The notes: generated by a model not told the origin, from the letters alone. A DNA stretch of 59,021 nt, filler included, from Diploschistes diacapsis (GCA_023645945.1; 6 parts of 6 records of this genome joined end to end with filler, not necessarily neighbours in it); one strand, 5' to 3'; positions 29,631 to 42,130 are shown, counted from the whole stretch's first letter. Program-made: numbers and translations.

Positions 29631-31870
29631 TCATCGGGGCGTAATACCACGATAGTCGCCCGTTTTTGCGAGCTCATGGACGATGAATAAGTCCTTCCCG
29701 ACTGCGCCTCTCTCGAAGTCTTCTTCCACTGCCTCGACCTTGATCCCCAGGATATCCTGCTTATAATCGCTAGCACTACTTCTGATGCTTGAACGCGAAT
29801 CGATCAAGGCATCAATAGTGACTTGACCTTGACGGCTCAGTAACTGCCATGGCATGAAGCTCCATTTTGCTGAATGAAAAAAACCTTGCGTGGTAAACTC
29901 AGAATCTATGCACACCAAAGTCGTGGTTTTTGACCAGCGGCCCCTGGCTTGCAAGTGTCAATAAAACTTCTTTCAACGGTGGTATTCTCGGATCTAGGAG
30001 ATCGGTAACTGCATGGAGGTTCTGGAAGATTGGAACTTTGGTGATTTGTGGTTACCTATATAGAAGTGACGAAGTGACTATAGCAGTACTATATTTCTAG
30101 GAATATCCTCATGCAGTTACATCCTTTGTCAATACAGTCTTCAGAAGTCTTTCCATAATCAAAGCAGCCAATTTCTCTCAGAAGTCTCAGCTGCAAATGG
30201 TATCTACGGTGTATCCTTAATACGCTCCGTTGGAGATTCTGTGCAGTGACTCTTGAGGGACACCGCACTGGCCTGTAATGAGAGGATACAAGAGGCAGAT
30301 AGGGCGACGCAGTTGATACCTTGTTTGAACAATGCCGTTTGATAGTCATGGAATGCAATTCACGCGTTATCTGTACCACTTATGTAAAATCGTCGTATTT
30401 CGTTGGAGTGTTGAAAAGGAATGAGCTCGATTTTTTGTGGTGCGATCAATCTCAAGCTGGCCCAACAGAATTCGCGCAGGCAATGTATTTTGGGTTCCCT
30501 CAATCATCTCCTAGCTCTGCCTCTTCTTCTTCAATAAAGTCCCAAGCTACTGAATTTGTCTCTAGCTTATCACCGTAGCGGACGGGAAGATACCCAGTTG
30601 TAATAGCTTGTACATAACTCAGCTCATGCTGGCGAAATAGATAGTAGGATCCTGTCCAGGGGCAAACGGGCATGTACAAAATTTGTGCTTGCTTGAAGGT
30701 GTCGTTGTAGTTGGATAACAGAATATACGCGACCTGTAGGTTGACATTCTGGGTAAGTAAATCGGATCTTCTGATCCTCAGGGCAGTGCTTCCTTGCTCG
30801 TGTCGTGTTAGCCTGAAGCCGGAAAGGGGATAAAAGTAAAAGTAGAAGTTTTCTTGCCTGCAGAAATACCTATTTGTCAAAAAGTATTAATACGCGGAGA
30901 TGGTGCTCGTGTTATCAATAACGATTAGCTTCTCAGACCCCTTTATAGAAATTCTACCTACAGTGGATACCCCTTGCGCAACTGTGCTAATATTGGCCAC
31001 ACGGTGATGTTTTATTTTCTTATTCATATAGAGAACACCTGCAGTGCTACCCAAAGGACGCTTCAGTGAATAACAAATCGGATGACGACCTTCTAATATA
31101 TCCAAGAAGTTATTTTCGATTTTTTGGAAGTCTAGATTCTCCAGCCTATGAAATGGAGGCGTATAGAGTGTGACCAATGGTGAAGCGGAAATCCTCCAGA
31201 CAAGAGTGACTTTAAGTTATAATAAAGACCAAAGCATGCAGAAGACGCCTTGGTACTCCTGTATGAGCTGAGCACTACTTCATTGTCCATGTTAAAATCC
31301 TCTAGATCTTGTCGGTGAACTCATAAAGAGTTGCCGCAGACTGTTCCAACACAAATGAATTATAATTCATCGCTTCGCAATGTTAATTTAGGCTTCCACC
31401 GTACGTGCCCAAGTGATCCGGAGAAAATTGGTTGGAGCTTATCAGTCATTTCCAAAAGCTCTGAATATGAGGAATGAGGTGGATAGCCTCGGAAAGGTCG
31501 AATTGATTCATCGTGCCAAAAGATCCTACAAACCGAATAAGGGCCGAGGCTTGGTGCAGGACTTCTCAAACGATTCGTCGATTTCTTGTGCTGGGGAACA
31601 GAAAAGGCGATGGATTATGCGTATTTTAAGGCATTTGTACACGGTGCGTCTCTTGGCTTCGAATATGTAGAAGTCTGCTCCCAGAGCACTGTGACTGGTG
31701 TGAGCGAAACGATAAGCCAATGATGCACCAGGTCACAGAGAGAGAGAGCCAGCCATCCCAGCTAGGAACGGATATTTCTGGGAAAGGATTTCTGATTAGG
31801 ATCCTGTGAATCGTCATTATCTTATTTGGAAGCATTTGAAAACAGTCACGTACCTTGGGTGCCATAGTCA
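29631..31870 (-). pseudogene. Possible heavily decayed protein gene (F-box-like N-terminus?)
   Basis: A chain of short co-oriented minus-strand ORFs with protein-like composition; a weak F-box-like trace (NPFPEI../LSLCDLVH) near 31720-31800. Very tentative. Confidence 0.2.
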
Positions 31871-32060
31871 ATGCAAATAATTACTCTAGAAGAAATTTAT
31901 ATTGTTGAGTAAGATCTCATTCCGTAAAGTGACCGCAGTTCGGCCCTAAAAGACTTGGCGCACTGCTTTGAAATCCAGATCAACAAGAAAATAAGAAATG
32001 GCGATTTCTTCTTTAAGATCCTACAACAACAGCAAGCAACTCTAGATTTAGTCAACGATC

Positions 32061-32955
32061 ATGGCACGACGTCCGGCAAGATGTTATCGCTACTGCAAAA
32101 ACAAGGTATGCTTCTCAGATACATACCTCGCCAGAGACGATATGCTACAAAGGCTCATTGAGCGGTGTTCAAGTCGCTACCCCATTCAACTGACACTGCT
32201 TCCAGCCTTATCCAAAATCCAGGTTCAATCGTGGAGTCCCTGACCCTAGTATGCATCTTCGGCCGTTGCAGTGCTTCACTTACAAGATCAGAAATCAGAA
32301 TCTTCGACCTTGGTCGCAAACGCGCATCTGTAGATGATTTCCCCGCCTGTGTTCATATGGTATCGAACGAACTTGAGCAGTTGTCTTCCGGTATTGCAAA
32401 CTCCCAAGTACTTATAGCAGAATGGCTGACCCTACGCAGAAGCACTCGAAGCAGCCCGCATATGCGCAAACAAATACCTGGTGAAGGTTGCTGGGAAAGA
32501 GGGATTCCATCTACGGGTCCGTGCACATCCGTACCATGTGGTCCGCATCAACAAAATGCTTTCATGCGCAGGAGCAGATCGTGAGCCAGATAAACGTCTG
32601 TAATGGATCTTTGCTGATGGGGTTTTCAGGGCTTCAGACTGGGATGCGTGGCGCTTTTGGCAAGCCTAACGGCACCGTTGCACGTGTCAACATCGGTCAA
32701 ATCCTGTTGTCTGTGCGTACTCGTGACCAGCACCTTTCTACGGCCATCGAAGCGCTTCGCCGCGCCACCTACAAGTTTCCGGGTCGGCAAAAGCTCATTG
32801 TCTCGAAGAATTGGGGCTTTACTCCACTTCGCCGTGACGAGTATGCCGAACAACGTGATGCTGGAAAGTTCAGGATGGACGGAGCTTATGTGCAATTCCT
32901 CTCGACAAAGGGTCCGATTGAAAGAAACGTGGCTAGGTTCCCGCAAGCGTTCTGA
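32061..32955 (+). CDS. RPL10: 60S ribosomal protein L10 (uL16)
   Basis: Five exons: [81 protein letters not shown]. Confidence 0.97.
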
Positions 32956-33535
32956 GGGTTGTGTCATGATGGTTAGGGGCTAGGTAGAAATGAACCTCCT
33001 GTTTCTGCTTCAATCACGAGAACCTTGCGCGCATGCAGGGCGGATAGATTCTATTACTCTACCTCCTACCTCCTACGTCCTCCCTATCTCTTACCACTCC
33101 CAAACGTCCACCACTTCCCCCTCCCCGACCCTAGGCCCCAACTCCGCCCGCAGCACCCATGCAAACAGCTTGAGCAGCATCGCAAAGCACATGCCGCTGA
33201 CCGCTAGCTCGTAGCGGCCCTCGCTCAGCTCGACGCGGAGGAAGGCGTGCTGCGCGTGCACGATCCCGTAGAAGGATAAAGTGACGCCGGCGTCGCTGAG
33301 GGTCTTTGCGAATGAAACCCTTGCCCTGGAGAGGGACGGGGGTGTCCTTTTTGGCCAACTTTCTGTGTTGAGCGGGGCCAGACCGGGTTGGATGGACCGA
33401 TGATGTTTTGGGCAAGGGGGGGGAGGGCGTGTCGTTGCCTTTGCATGGCACCTGATACAGCGACAAAAAAGGGTGGAGAGGAGGAGCGGTCACCCAGCCG
33501 CCGAAGTAGCAGTTGAAGGACAGGGCCAAAAGCGC

Positions 33536-33552
33536 AAAAGAAAGAAAAGAAA
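33536..33552 (-). terminator. Pol III oligo-T terminator of the 5S gene
   Basis: T-tracts (TTTTCTTTTCTTTCTTTT on the minus strand) begin at the 5S 3' end. Confidence 0.7.
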
Positions 33553-33671
33553 ACATACAGCAGTTGGGATTCGCTGGTGGTCACCCACCCAGTTACTAAC
33601 CAACCGATATGAGCCTTAAGTACAGGAGAGCGGACGGGATCCTCTGGTTTCCTCATTCTATGGCCGTATGT
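33553..33671 (-). rRNA. 5S rRNA: 5S rRNA gene (dispersed copy, 119 nt)
   Basis: ACATACGGCCATAG..GATCCCGTCCGCTCTCC..TTAGTA..GGGTGACCACCAGCGAATCCC..GCTGTATGT. The terminal helix and internal helices pair, and T-tracts follow. Confidence 0.96.
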
Positions 33672-33692
33672 GGAAGAACGTGGTTTGTGGAA

Positions 33693-33704
33693 GGTATATA
33701 TACC
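33693..33704 (-). promoter_or_regulatory. TATA element upstream of the 5S gene
   Basis: Palindromic GGTATATATACC; TATATATA lies at -24 to -31 from the 5S start, as in dispersed Neurospora-type 5S genes. Confidence 0.7.
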
Positions 33705-34493
33705 GAACAGAAAGCCTGGCGGCGCCAGAAAAAACAGAACCCGACTTGCCGGGGTTGCATCGAAGCGCACGATAGGAAGAAGCCATGGTGAGAGAAGAAG
33801 GGCTTGAAGTATTATCGAGAGTGGAACTTACTTGCCGTGCTGATTTTTCCCCCTTCATGTTCCCCAGCCCGCGCAAGGCTGGCGTCCTTCCCTCCTTCCC
33901 TCGCCCGACCAGTCGCTCCCCGCCGTCCCACTAGGCACGTCCCGCCACAGAGTAGCATAGTGCCGCTAACGCGCGGGTCCCAGGGCGCACTGGTACGCCG
34001 GATGCCCACCAAGACACATGCCCGTCGCGCCGACGCGGCCCGTGCAGGTGGGCAGGGAGAACGGATGAATGATGGCGAGGGAAGCGGCGAGCGACTGGGC
34101 GGCGTTCGGCGTGGAGAACATGCTAGAGAGGGGATGGAGGGAGGCGCTGGCCTTGCCTTCTTCCCGCTCGTTGCCCCCTGTCCTTGTCGGCGGCGTCGTA
34201 GCTCAGGGCTTCGGGGCCGGGCGAACTCGTGGTACGAAGACGGCGCGGTGCAGATGTAGCCGCGGCCTGCGACATGGCGGCAGAAGTGGGCGTCGGGGCC
34301 GGTGACCGGGAGGGGTCTGATGTTGCAGAGAAGCTCGAATGCGCACAGAGGTCAAGGGAGTGAAGTGGAAGGTAGCATTTGTGCAAGAATGATTGGAAGG
34401 ACGACCGACGGAGGTGAATAGGGGCGGCCCTGTTGGAGCTCTCGCCCTCATACCCTTGCTCGATTAGCCGGCCATTCTTGGCCCCTCGCTCCC

Positions 34494-34687
34494 TCATGCT
34501 GCCTCCTTGACGACCTGCTCCAACATCCTGACGTACCCCTCCATCTCACGCGCCCCGACTTCCCTAAAATCCCTCCTCCTCCCCTCAACCACCACATCCG
34601 GAACCGCATCCACCCCATTCCCCGCCTGCACCTCCATCGCCCGCTTCGTCTCCCGCAACCACACCTTGCCTTCACCCCGCTTCCCTT
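34494..34687 (-). CDS. DSBA-like thioredoxin protein, C-terminal fragment (cut by the spacer)
   Basis: Frame not in the ORF list: ..GNGVDAVPDVVVEGRRRDFREVGAREMEGYVRMLEQVVKEAA*. Confidence 0.65.
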
Positions 34688-34787
34688 NNNNNNNNNNNNN
34701 NNNNNNNNNNNNNNNNNNNNNNNNNNNNNNNTTAATTAATTAANNNNNNNNNNNNNNNNNNNNNNNNNNNNNNNNNNNNNNNNNNNN
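34688..34787. other. Artificial contig spacer
   Basis: N44-TTAATTAATTAA-N44. Confidence 0.98.
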
Positions 34788-34838
34788 TTTCCAAATCACC
34801 GCCCACCCATCCCCAAAGAAAAACCCCCTGCCGAAGCA

Positions 34839-36579
34839 ATGCTCGCCCTCGTCCTCCTAGCCGCCACGACCCTCTACGCCCTCTACCACGTCCTCCTTTA
34901 CCCGCTCCTGCTCTCCCCGCTCCGGCACGTGCCCGCCGCGCACCCCCTGGCGCGCCACACCCGGCTCTGGATGCTGCGGGCCCGCTACCTGGAGCGAGAC
35001 AACCGCACGACGCACGCGGCGCACGTGCGGCACGGGCCCGTGGTGCTGCTCGGCCCGCGCGAGATAAGCGTCAACTGCGTGGACGGCGCGGCGGGCGGCA
35101 TCCGCAGCGTGTACGCGGGCAACTTCGACAAGGACGAGTGGTACGCCTTCTTCGCCAACTTTGGCGCGCACAACATGTTCTCCAGCGTCGCGCACGGCCC
35201 GCATTCGCTGCGCAAGAGGATGCTGAGCCACGTTTATTCCAAGAGCTTTGTGCAGGGGAGTGCGGCCATGGCGGCCATTACGGCGGGGTTGGTTTGGGGG
35301 CGGCTGCTGCCGCTTTTGAGGGAAATGGGGAGGACCGGGGAGGGAGTGGAGGCGTACGGGGTTTTCAATGCGTACACGATGGATGCGATTACTGCGTGGG
35401 TGTTTGGGATGAGGTCCTCGACGAATCGGCTGCGGGATTTGGAGGGGAACAGGGCGTGGTTGGAGACGTATTGGAGCCGGTTTCCATATAGGTTTTACGA
35501 GCAGGAGGTGCCGGATTTCACGAGGTGGATGAGGAGGATAGGGATTGAGCTGGTGCCGGAGGTGGTGACGAGTGCCAATCTGGATATTGAGGGGTGGATT
35601 CTTGGGATGTGCGATCAGGCGTCAGAGGTAGTGAAGGAGGTTGAAGCTGGGAAGAGTGTCAAGGAAGAAGACGTACCCACTGTGTACAGTAAACTTAAAG
35701 ACGAGATGGAGAAGGACCGGAAAAAGCAGGACGATAAGGAAAAGTCGCATGAATTCGATTCTGAGAAAGCAGACAATACGGTACCACTACGGTTGCAGCT
35801 TGCAAGCGAGCTGTGGGATCATATTGGTTCGTTGAGGCACGAGTCTCCAATACCTGCGTAAAGAGACTGACAATATGCAGCTGCTGGCTTCGACACTAGC
35901 GGCATCTTCCTCACCTATGCCGCATGGGAGCTCAGCCGATGTCCTGAGGTTCAGTCGCGCCTACGTGAGGAGCTCCTCTCGCTCTCTTCACCGCCCACGA
36001 CGTCTTCAGCGCCGTCACTTCCCCGCTCCCAGGATGTAGATGCTCTTCCTCTTCTGCATGCAGTCGTAATGGAGACTCTCCGCATACACCCGTCCATACC
36101 AGGCTCGCAGCCCCGAAAGACGCCGTACCCGTCGTGCACCCTCGGTCCGTACAAGGACATTCCCGGCGGCATAAGGATCAATGCTCAGGCCTATTCGCTG
36201 CACCGCAACGAGGGCGCTTTCCCCAGACCGGAAGAGTGGATACCGGATCGCTGGCTAGAAAAGTTGCCGGGCGAGACAGATAAGAAAGAGAGATGGTTCT
36301 GGGCTTTTGGCAGCGGAGGTCGAATGTGCGTGGGGAGCAACTTCGCGATGAACTGTAAGTGCTTGTTTGCTGCCTGCAGCCGAGGCTATCGGTGCGGAAA
36401 GCTTGTACTGATTGAGTGGTGTGCTAGCAAACAAATTCGTTCTGGCCGCTATCTACAGCAACTTTCGGACCTCCATTATCGATGACAGTGGTATGGAGCA
36501 GAGCGATGGGTACACAGCACCACCTATAGGGAAGAGTCCTCTTATCTTGAAGTTCGAAGAGCTCGAGCAGGTGAGCTAG
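34839..36579 (+). CDS. Cytochrome P450
   Basis: N-terminal TM anchor; I-helix AAGFDTS; ETLR; PDRW; heme motif FGSGGRMCVG. Introns 35827-35880 and 36355-36427. Confidence 0.93.
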
Positions 36580-37968
36580 ACGGGAGAGATAGGAAACGCC
36601 AACACCGGTAAGGTGCAATCGACATGCAAACGAAAGGATCTAACTTCAAGTGTCAACCTTAATCTTATGGCCAAGATGTTCTTGCAGTGGCGGAGGAGCG
36701 ACCCTGATCTTATTTAGCCTCGATGTCGCTTCGGCAAGACAGTGCTTCTCGCTGGAGGCGCGAATATGCCTGCAGTAGGCCGTTTGCTAGTTCCTCACCA
36801 GTAACCGGTCAGGATAAAAAACAATGCCTCACGATCATCAGGTTACGTTGTAACTTGTGGGGAAGCAAAAGCTCAGATGCAGCTTCCAATACCTAGCTCT
36901 AAGATAGATCCGCCTGTAGGATCTGCTGTCATAAAGGTATCTTCACGCGTTTATAGGTCGACTTCAGGCCCGCTTCTGGTGCAACTCGGCAGTTTCTTTA
37001 CTGCACATGATTGACCACGCGTGGTCATGGTAAAGCAGGGGAGCTAAAAATAATAGATACTCCCTTTGCAGCATCCAAATCTTCAAAACCCAAAAACCTT
37101 ATTCTCGTTCTGTAGATAGGAACTGGACTGTCCTGACGTCATCAGTGCCACTTCTCAGCTTGCGAGTTATTCTACTTGTATTATTATTATCCTACTGTAT
37201 ATTATCTTACTTGTATTATTATCATTTTACCCGTAAAGCAGCCAAATCCGGTCCCGGGTGCCACTCCGCACGTGATGGCAAAATTCAACTATGCTTACGA
37301 ACCCCTCTGTGTCTCTTTCCCTCTCCCTCTCACTCTTGCACATAAACCCATGCGAATAGAGTTGAAGACGACTCATGCTCCTCCGCTCCAAGTTGAACTT
37401 TGTACCTCACTATGCCCTGTCCAGGCAAGCCCAGATCGCGGGAAAAACCGCCGAGACTTGAAGCGTGCGGCTATGTGTCATAGTCCTCCATTTTATAGTC
37501 ACAGAATCTCCGGCAACTGGACGCTGGATGTCTGGACGCGCTTTCCTTTGCCCGCTATCCATTCCACGATCTCATGGTGTCAGTACCAGTGTCGATTTTT
37601 GCCTTCGGACCAGCCTGAGTCAGACTAGTGGAAAAGCTTTTCTGCCTCTACTAAAGTAATAGTGACCTCAGGCAAAGCTTCACCGTTGCGAGCCGAGTAA
37701 GTACACTGAACGGTTCAGTACGTAAGCGAAACCTCTCCTCAGCTTGATATAACCAAACAACATCGAACGTGCTCTCTTTCCCATATTCCCTACGCGCTGT
37801 GTCTCCTTACTTGTTACACTGCATTCCACTGCTCTTGCTTTCCCTCAGAAGTCCAAACGACTCATAAGATCCATCTGCCCATCAACTTGTCAGCATTCTC
37901 ATCTCTACTCTGGTGATTGAGCAGAGGCATTCCAAGGCGTGCATTTTCTCTATTTCATAAACTGAGTA

Positions 37969-39987
37969 ATGTCCACGCACAGTACGGGAGACTTTAGAAT
38001 TGAGAAGGACCCCAAATCCCAGCTTGGGTCGGCTCCCCAAGCCGACCACCCCACACCTTCAAGCATATATAAATGGGGCAACACGATAGGCTATGCAGAC
38101 GGCAATGATTGTTCTCGCTCATCGTCCTTTTCTTCTGTGAAAGAAGATGGCGAAGGTGAGTGAACCAAGGCTCTGGATGGATGGAAACAAGGCTAAGAGT
38201 GTCCCAGACGTCGCACAGTCTTTCCTTGTATCGAGGCGATCAAAAGACCAACTCGCGCCGAAAGGTTTCGGCAATGAAGCGAACTGCTGGACGGTCCGGG
38301 GCGACCGTCTGTCCGACAACCTCTGGTTTGATGAGCTGGGGTTGATAGAGGAGGATGCTGTTTCCCTTGAAGACCTGTCACTGTCCTCCTTGGAGACCGA
38401 GACCGCGGGAGACCTAGCTAAGAAGACCGATGTATCACATGCTGGGGAGTCGCCCTTCGAACAGCTACCGGCAGAGCTCCTAGGTGAGTCATTGGTGTCT
38501 CCCACTGGCGCTGGATGCTGACTTTGAACATAGAACTAATTCTCGAAAAACTGACTCTGGACGTCCCACCTCAAGAGGTTGTTCCCCGCAACACTGACCT
38601 CGTAGCCTGCCTATTGACTTCCAAGACCGTCAATGCTGTCGCGGAAAACGTTCTTTACCGGCAGATCACACTACCGCATTCCTATGTTTTCTCAAAGTTT
38701 TTCAAGCACCTGTGTGCAAACCCGGATCTTGGACGGCTGGTCCGACGATTCGATCTTTCTCATTTCAGCTCCGTCGGTCTAGGTCGGACCAAGGAAATGG
38801 ATCTGCAGATTCAGAATCTGTCGGCGGAGGCTCTGCTCAGCTCCCTGAAGTTGATGCCGAACGTAAAGGAACTGCTTTTTCAGGAGCACCTCGATCACGA
38901 CATCGACCAAGCCGTGCTGCAAAAGGTATTCTACGAACTGCCTAAACTCCGTTCCCTGGACTTTTGTGCTTGCTATGTCGGTTCGTTCGCAGACTCCTTC
39001 TCGTCCGCGCTTACTCCGCTCTGGTCGCAGCCGAATATGGAGCTTAGCATCGAGAACCTGAGCCTACACGAATGCTTTACGTTACGAGGCTCGGACTTGG
39101 AGCTACTACTCCCGCATCTACCACGACTGACTATCCTCGATCTCTACCACACTCGTGTTACTGACAGAGCCCTACATGCGATCCGAGGAACTGCCAAGCT
39201 TACTCACCTAAATTTGGGCCATTGCAACAATATTACTGGGCCTGCAGTTGTCAACTTCCTCGCCGAGCACCCGGCAGCCAAGAATATCGTTTATCTCAAC
39301 CTCTCCTGTGACACCTCGCGCTACAGGTTATTGCGATTTACTGAACTCGACAAGCTTCTTCCGATTCTGCCGTCAACGCTCCGGTCTCTAAACCTTGGAG
39401 GGGCGCAACTCGACCCACCGCGGCACATGCCACATCTCCGTGATATGACTAAGCACCTAGAAGAAATCGGTCTCGGATCCACCAATTTGAGTATCGCCGA
39501 TGTCAAGTCCCTTTTCCTGCCTGGAAAAACGCCGGACGCCGTTCCGAACGGACCCTCGGAGTCGCTTTGCACTCTCCGCTATATGGATCTAAGCTCCAAC
39601 CCAGGCATTACGCAACCTTCGCTCTTCTTCGACGCGTCTCAAAGCACCAGCCGAATCGATGCTGGCATGACTTCTCCAACCCCATTTCTTCTCAAGGATG
39701 CTTGTCCGCTTGAAGTTATTGAGCTAGGCGCGCCTGTCCTGGGCGACCTGAAGAAAATGGACAAGACAAACAAGCGCTTCGGATGGCTCGTCAAGGAGCT
39801 TGGCAGGAGGGGGTGGTACGTCCGGGAGCGAGGATCTGTGGCTGCCGGGACCGAAGATCCGGCTGGTGGAAGGATGCGGGGCGAGCGCTGGTGGAAAATG
39901 GGGTGTCGAAGCTGGGGAATGAAGAAGGTGCCGGTTGTGAGAGGGCATGTGGGAGGATTGTACGGACACTGCATGTTCAAGAAGTGA
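37969..39987 (+). CDS. F-box / leucine-rich-repeat protein
   Basis: Introns about 38156-38207 and 38484-38532; F-box FEQLPAELL|ELILEKL..LVACLLTSK; LRRs (LTILDLYHT, LTHLNLGHC, LRSLNLGG). Confidence 0.82.
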
Positions 39988-40590
39988 AAGTGAAGGAGCG
40001 AAGGCTAGGGCGATCTGCAGCGGAAAGATGACTAGCGTCATACCGAATGCTTGCTTAGCGACCATGTTGCACTATGGGGAGCCGTCCGGAAACGGCACGA
40101 ACTCTACGATTCTACTACGAGCACCACGCAGCGTTATGGCGCCTAACAGGAAGCACGGGTATCGAAAAAGCTAAATTTGCATGGTACTGCAGCATTTTCG
40201 GGCAGTTCTTGTACATATGGTTTGTGCGCTACATGTATATCATTATCATTAATTAGGATGTTCCTGGTCCATTTACCTATCGTGTTGCCTGGATCATGTG
40301 CTTCTTCGATTGGCGCGCATCCGCATCACAACAGCATCATGTCAAGCTGTCATCTCCTCCACAAGTGGACCACTCACTAGCTTAACAGACTCTACCGCAT
40401 TGGCGCAGCGTGCACAGAAATACATGCAGGCCCCGCAAAGCAGCAGTCACTTTAACGCATCGTTTAAAATCTTTAGGCATATCCCATCCAATCCGACGTC
40501 TCTCCAACACGGCATTTAACGCTTCCCAAACGTTATCCTTAATCTCACCTCCCCTTTTCCGCCTCGTGTCTCCACCAATCATCCATCATT

Positions 40591-40674
40591 AGCGCCATCA
40601 CCGCCATCGCCATCACCGCCATCGCCATCACCACAGTCATCGCCACTACAACCACCACAACCACCACAACCACC
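40591..40674 (+). repeat. Imperfect CAT/CAC/CGC and ACCACA microsatellite
   Basis: gccatcaccgccatc units and three caaccacca units directly before an ATG. Confidence 0.7.
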
Positions 40675-40779
40675 ATGTCTGTCCTCCCTCCCCTCCCCTC
40701 GCCGCTCCCCACGCTCCTCGTCGGCATCTCAACAAAAATGTACTTCACCCACACCCAATCAACTTCCTACCTCTCCTCC
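40675..40779 (+). CDS. Triosephosphate-isomerase-like protein (non-canonical 'SxKMYF' type), N-terminal fragment
   Basis: Good start context (CACCATG), then MSVLPPLPSPLPTLLVGISTKMYFTHTQSTSYLSS, cut by the spacer. Confidence 0.6.
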
Positions 40780-40879
40780 NNNNNNNNNNNNNNNNNNNNN
40801 NNNNNNNNNNNNNNNNNNNNNNNTTAATTAATTAANNNNNNNNNNNNNNNNNNNNNNNNNNNNNNNNNNNNNNNNNNNN
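40780..40879. other. Artificial contig spacer
   Basis: N44-TTAATTAATTAA-N44. Confidence 0.98.
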
Positions 40880-41486
40880 TGGTGGGGGAGGTTGTTTCTT
40901 TTGGGTAAGGTGGTTGTGTAAGTTAAGGGGTGGCTTTTTTTGTTAGTGTTATCTTTTACTATACCTACTTTTCCCCAGAATTAACGCTTTTCTTTTCCTC
41001 TTGAAACGGGTTTCTTTGCCCGTCTGATTTAGTGGTATATCTCAGCCCGTGCTCTATCGAGATAGTGGTAATTCGTCTCTGGAAACCAGGAGCCGTACTG
41101 CGAGAGGCCAAATCATTTTTTGTGTGGCAGATATGCGTGCGAAGAACATATATGCTTGGCGGGCCTGGGGTCCTAATTCGAACGAAAAGTCGTTCCACGC
41201 AGTGGGCAGTCCAGCTTCCTTCGTTCGGCCTCCGAGGAGTAAGATAAATGGACATTTGAGAAAAGACTTGAGCAACTTCATGCTGATGGGTGCACTTTCC
41301 ACGATGCCAAATGTGACTTGCGATTCGAAGTCCTCTAATCTCCTAAAAAATAAAAATAAAAAAATAAAAAAATAAAAAAAACTCTACGCGTGGTTATTGA
41401 CGATAATAAGCTAGACATTGGAGTGTTTGTCTGACTCAGCTTTTGCTGCCTGGTTCTAACACGCGCTGAAGCAGTGCGGTTGAAAG

Positions 41487-42130
41487 ATGTCGGAGTACAA
41501 TGGCTCCAACGGATCGTGGAGCGGAAGGACGCTTCCAGCGTCTGCGTGGCTTGGCATGGATCTTACGGGCGGCATGGGCTTGACGGCCGCCATTTGCCAT
41601 CATCGCAGCCCTGTGGTGGGCATTCTGGCTACCGTTTTCGAAGCAGTCGCAGTTCCCGTGGTGGGCAGGGCGTGGACGTTCGACTTCCGCAAGGCGATGG
41701 ATGAGGGCAACGCCGAGGTATGTCACCCACCAATTGCTCCATGACATTCCACGTACACGGGTGCGAGGTAGAAGCTCTAAGGATCGGGCGCATCTAGTAC
41801 CCCAACAAGCCCTTCGTGATCCCCTTTCTGGATCGGACAGTGATCCTCCCCAACTCGGCTCTACCGGCCCTCAAGAGCCTACCGAACAGGTACCTATCCA
41901 CGAACGCCAACATGAACCGGCGCTTCGCCGTCGACTGGACGGGCAGCGGCTGGGTGAGCGCGGAGTTCAACGACAGCATCAAGCTGGACCTGACGCGCGG
42001 CCTGAACGGCCTAGTCCCCGCACTCGAAGACGAGGCGAGGTTCGGCGTGCGGGACCAGTTCGGCGCGGCTGCGGAGTGGAGGTCGGTCGGCCTGGTAGCG
42101 CAAGTCAGTCTAGCCGCTTTCGTCTCGGGG
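41487..42130 (+). pseudogene. Truncated cytochrome P450 (ent-kaurene-oxidase-like N-terminal third)
   Basis: An intron at about 41718-41797 joins MDEGNAE|YPNKPFVIPFLDRTVILPN..IKLDLTRGLNGLVPALEDEARF..EWRSV. The TM anchor (AIIAALWWAFW) is in a shifted frame. No I-helix, ExxR or heme motif follows. Confidence 0.65.

Larger units (their letters stand above)
33091..34306 (-). pseudogene. Dienelactone hydrolase (carboxymethylenebutenolidase) family pseudogene
   Basis: The frameshift-corrected reading gives VTGPDAHFCRHVAGRGYICTAPSSYHEFA/GPEALSYDA..G/NE; SLPTCTGRVGATGMCLGGH (nucleophile Cys) ..AL/DPRVS; SLARAG/DMKGE; [intron]; G/KKDTPVP..FIR/KTLSDAGVTLSFY..AQHAFLR.ELSEGRY..CFAMLLKLF..ELGPR. At least six frameshifts; the 5' part is missing. 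Confidence 0.85.

Noticed and set aside
32106..32204. Possible intronic snoRNA in RPL10 intron 1
   Set aside because: No convincing box C (RTGATGA) or H/ACA structure; the CTGAC is the branch point.
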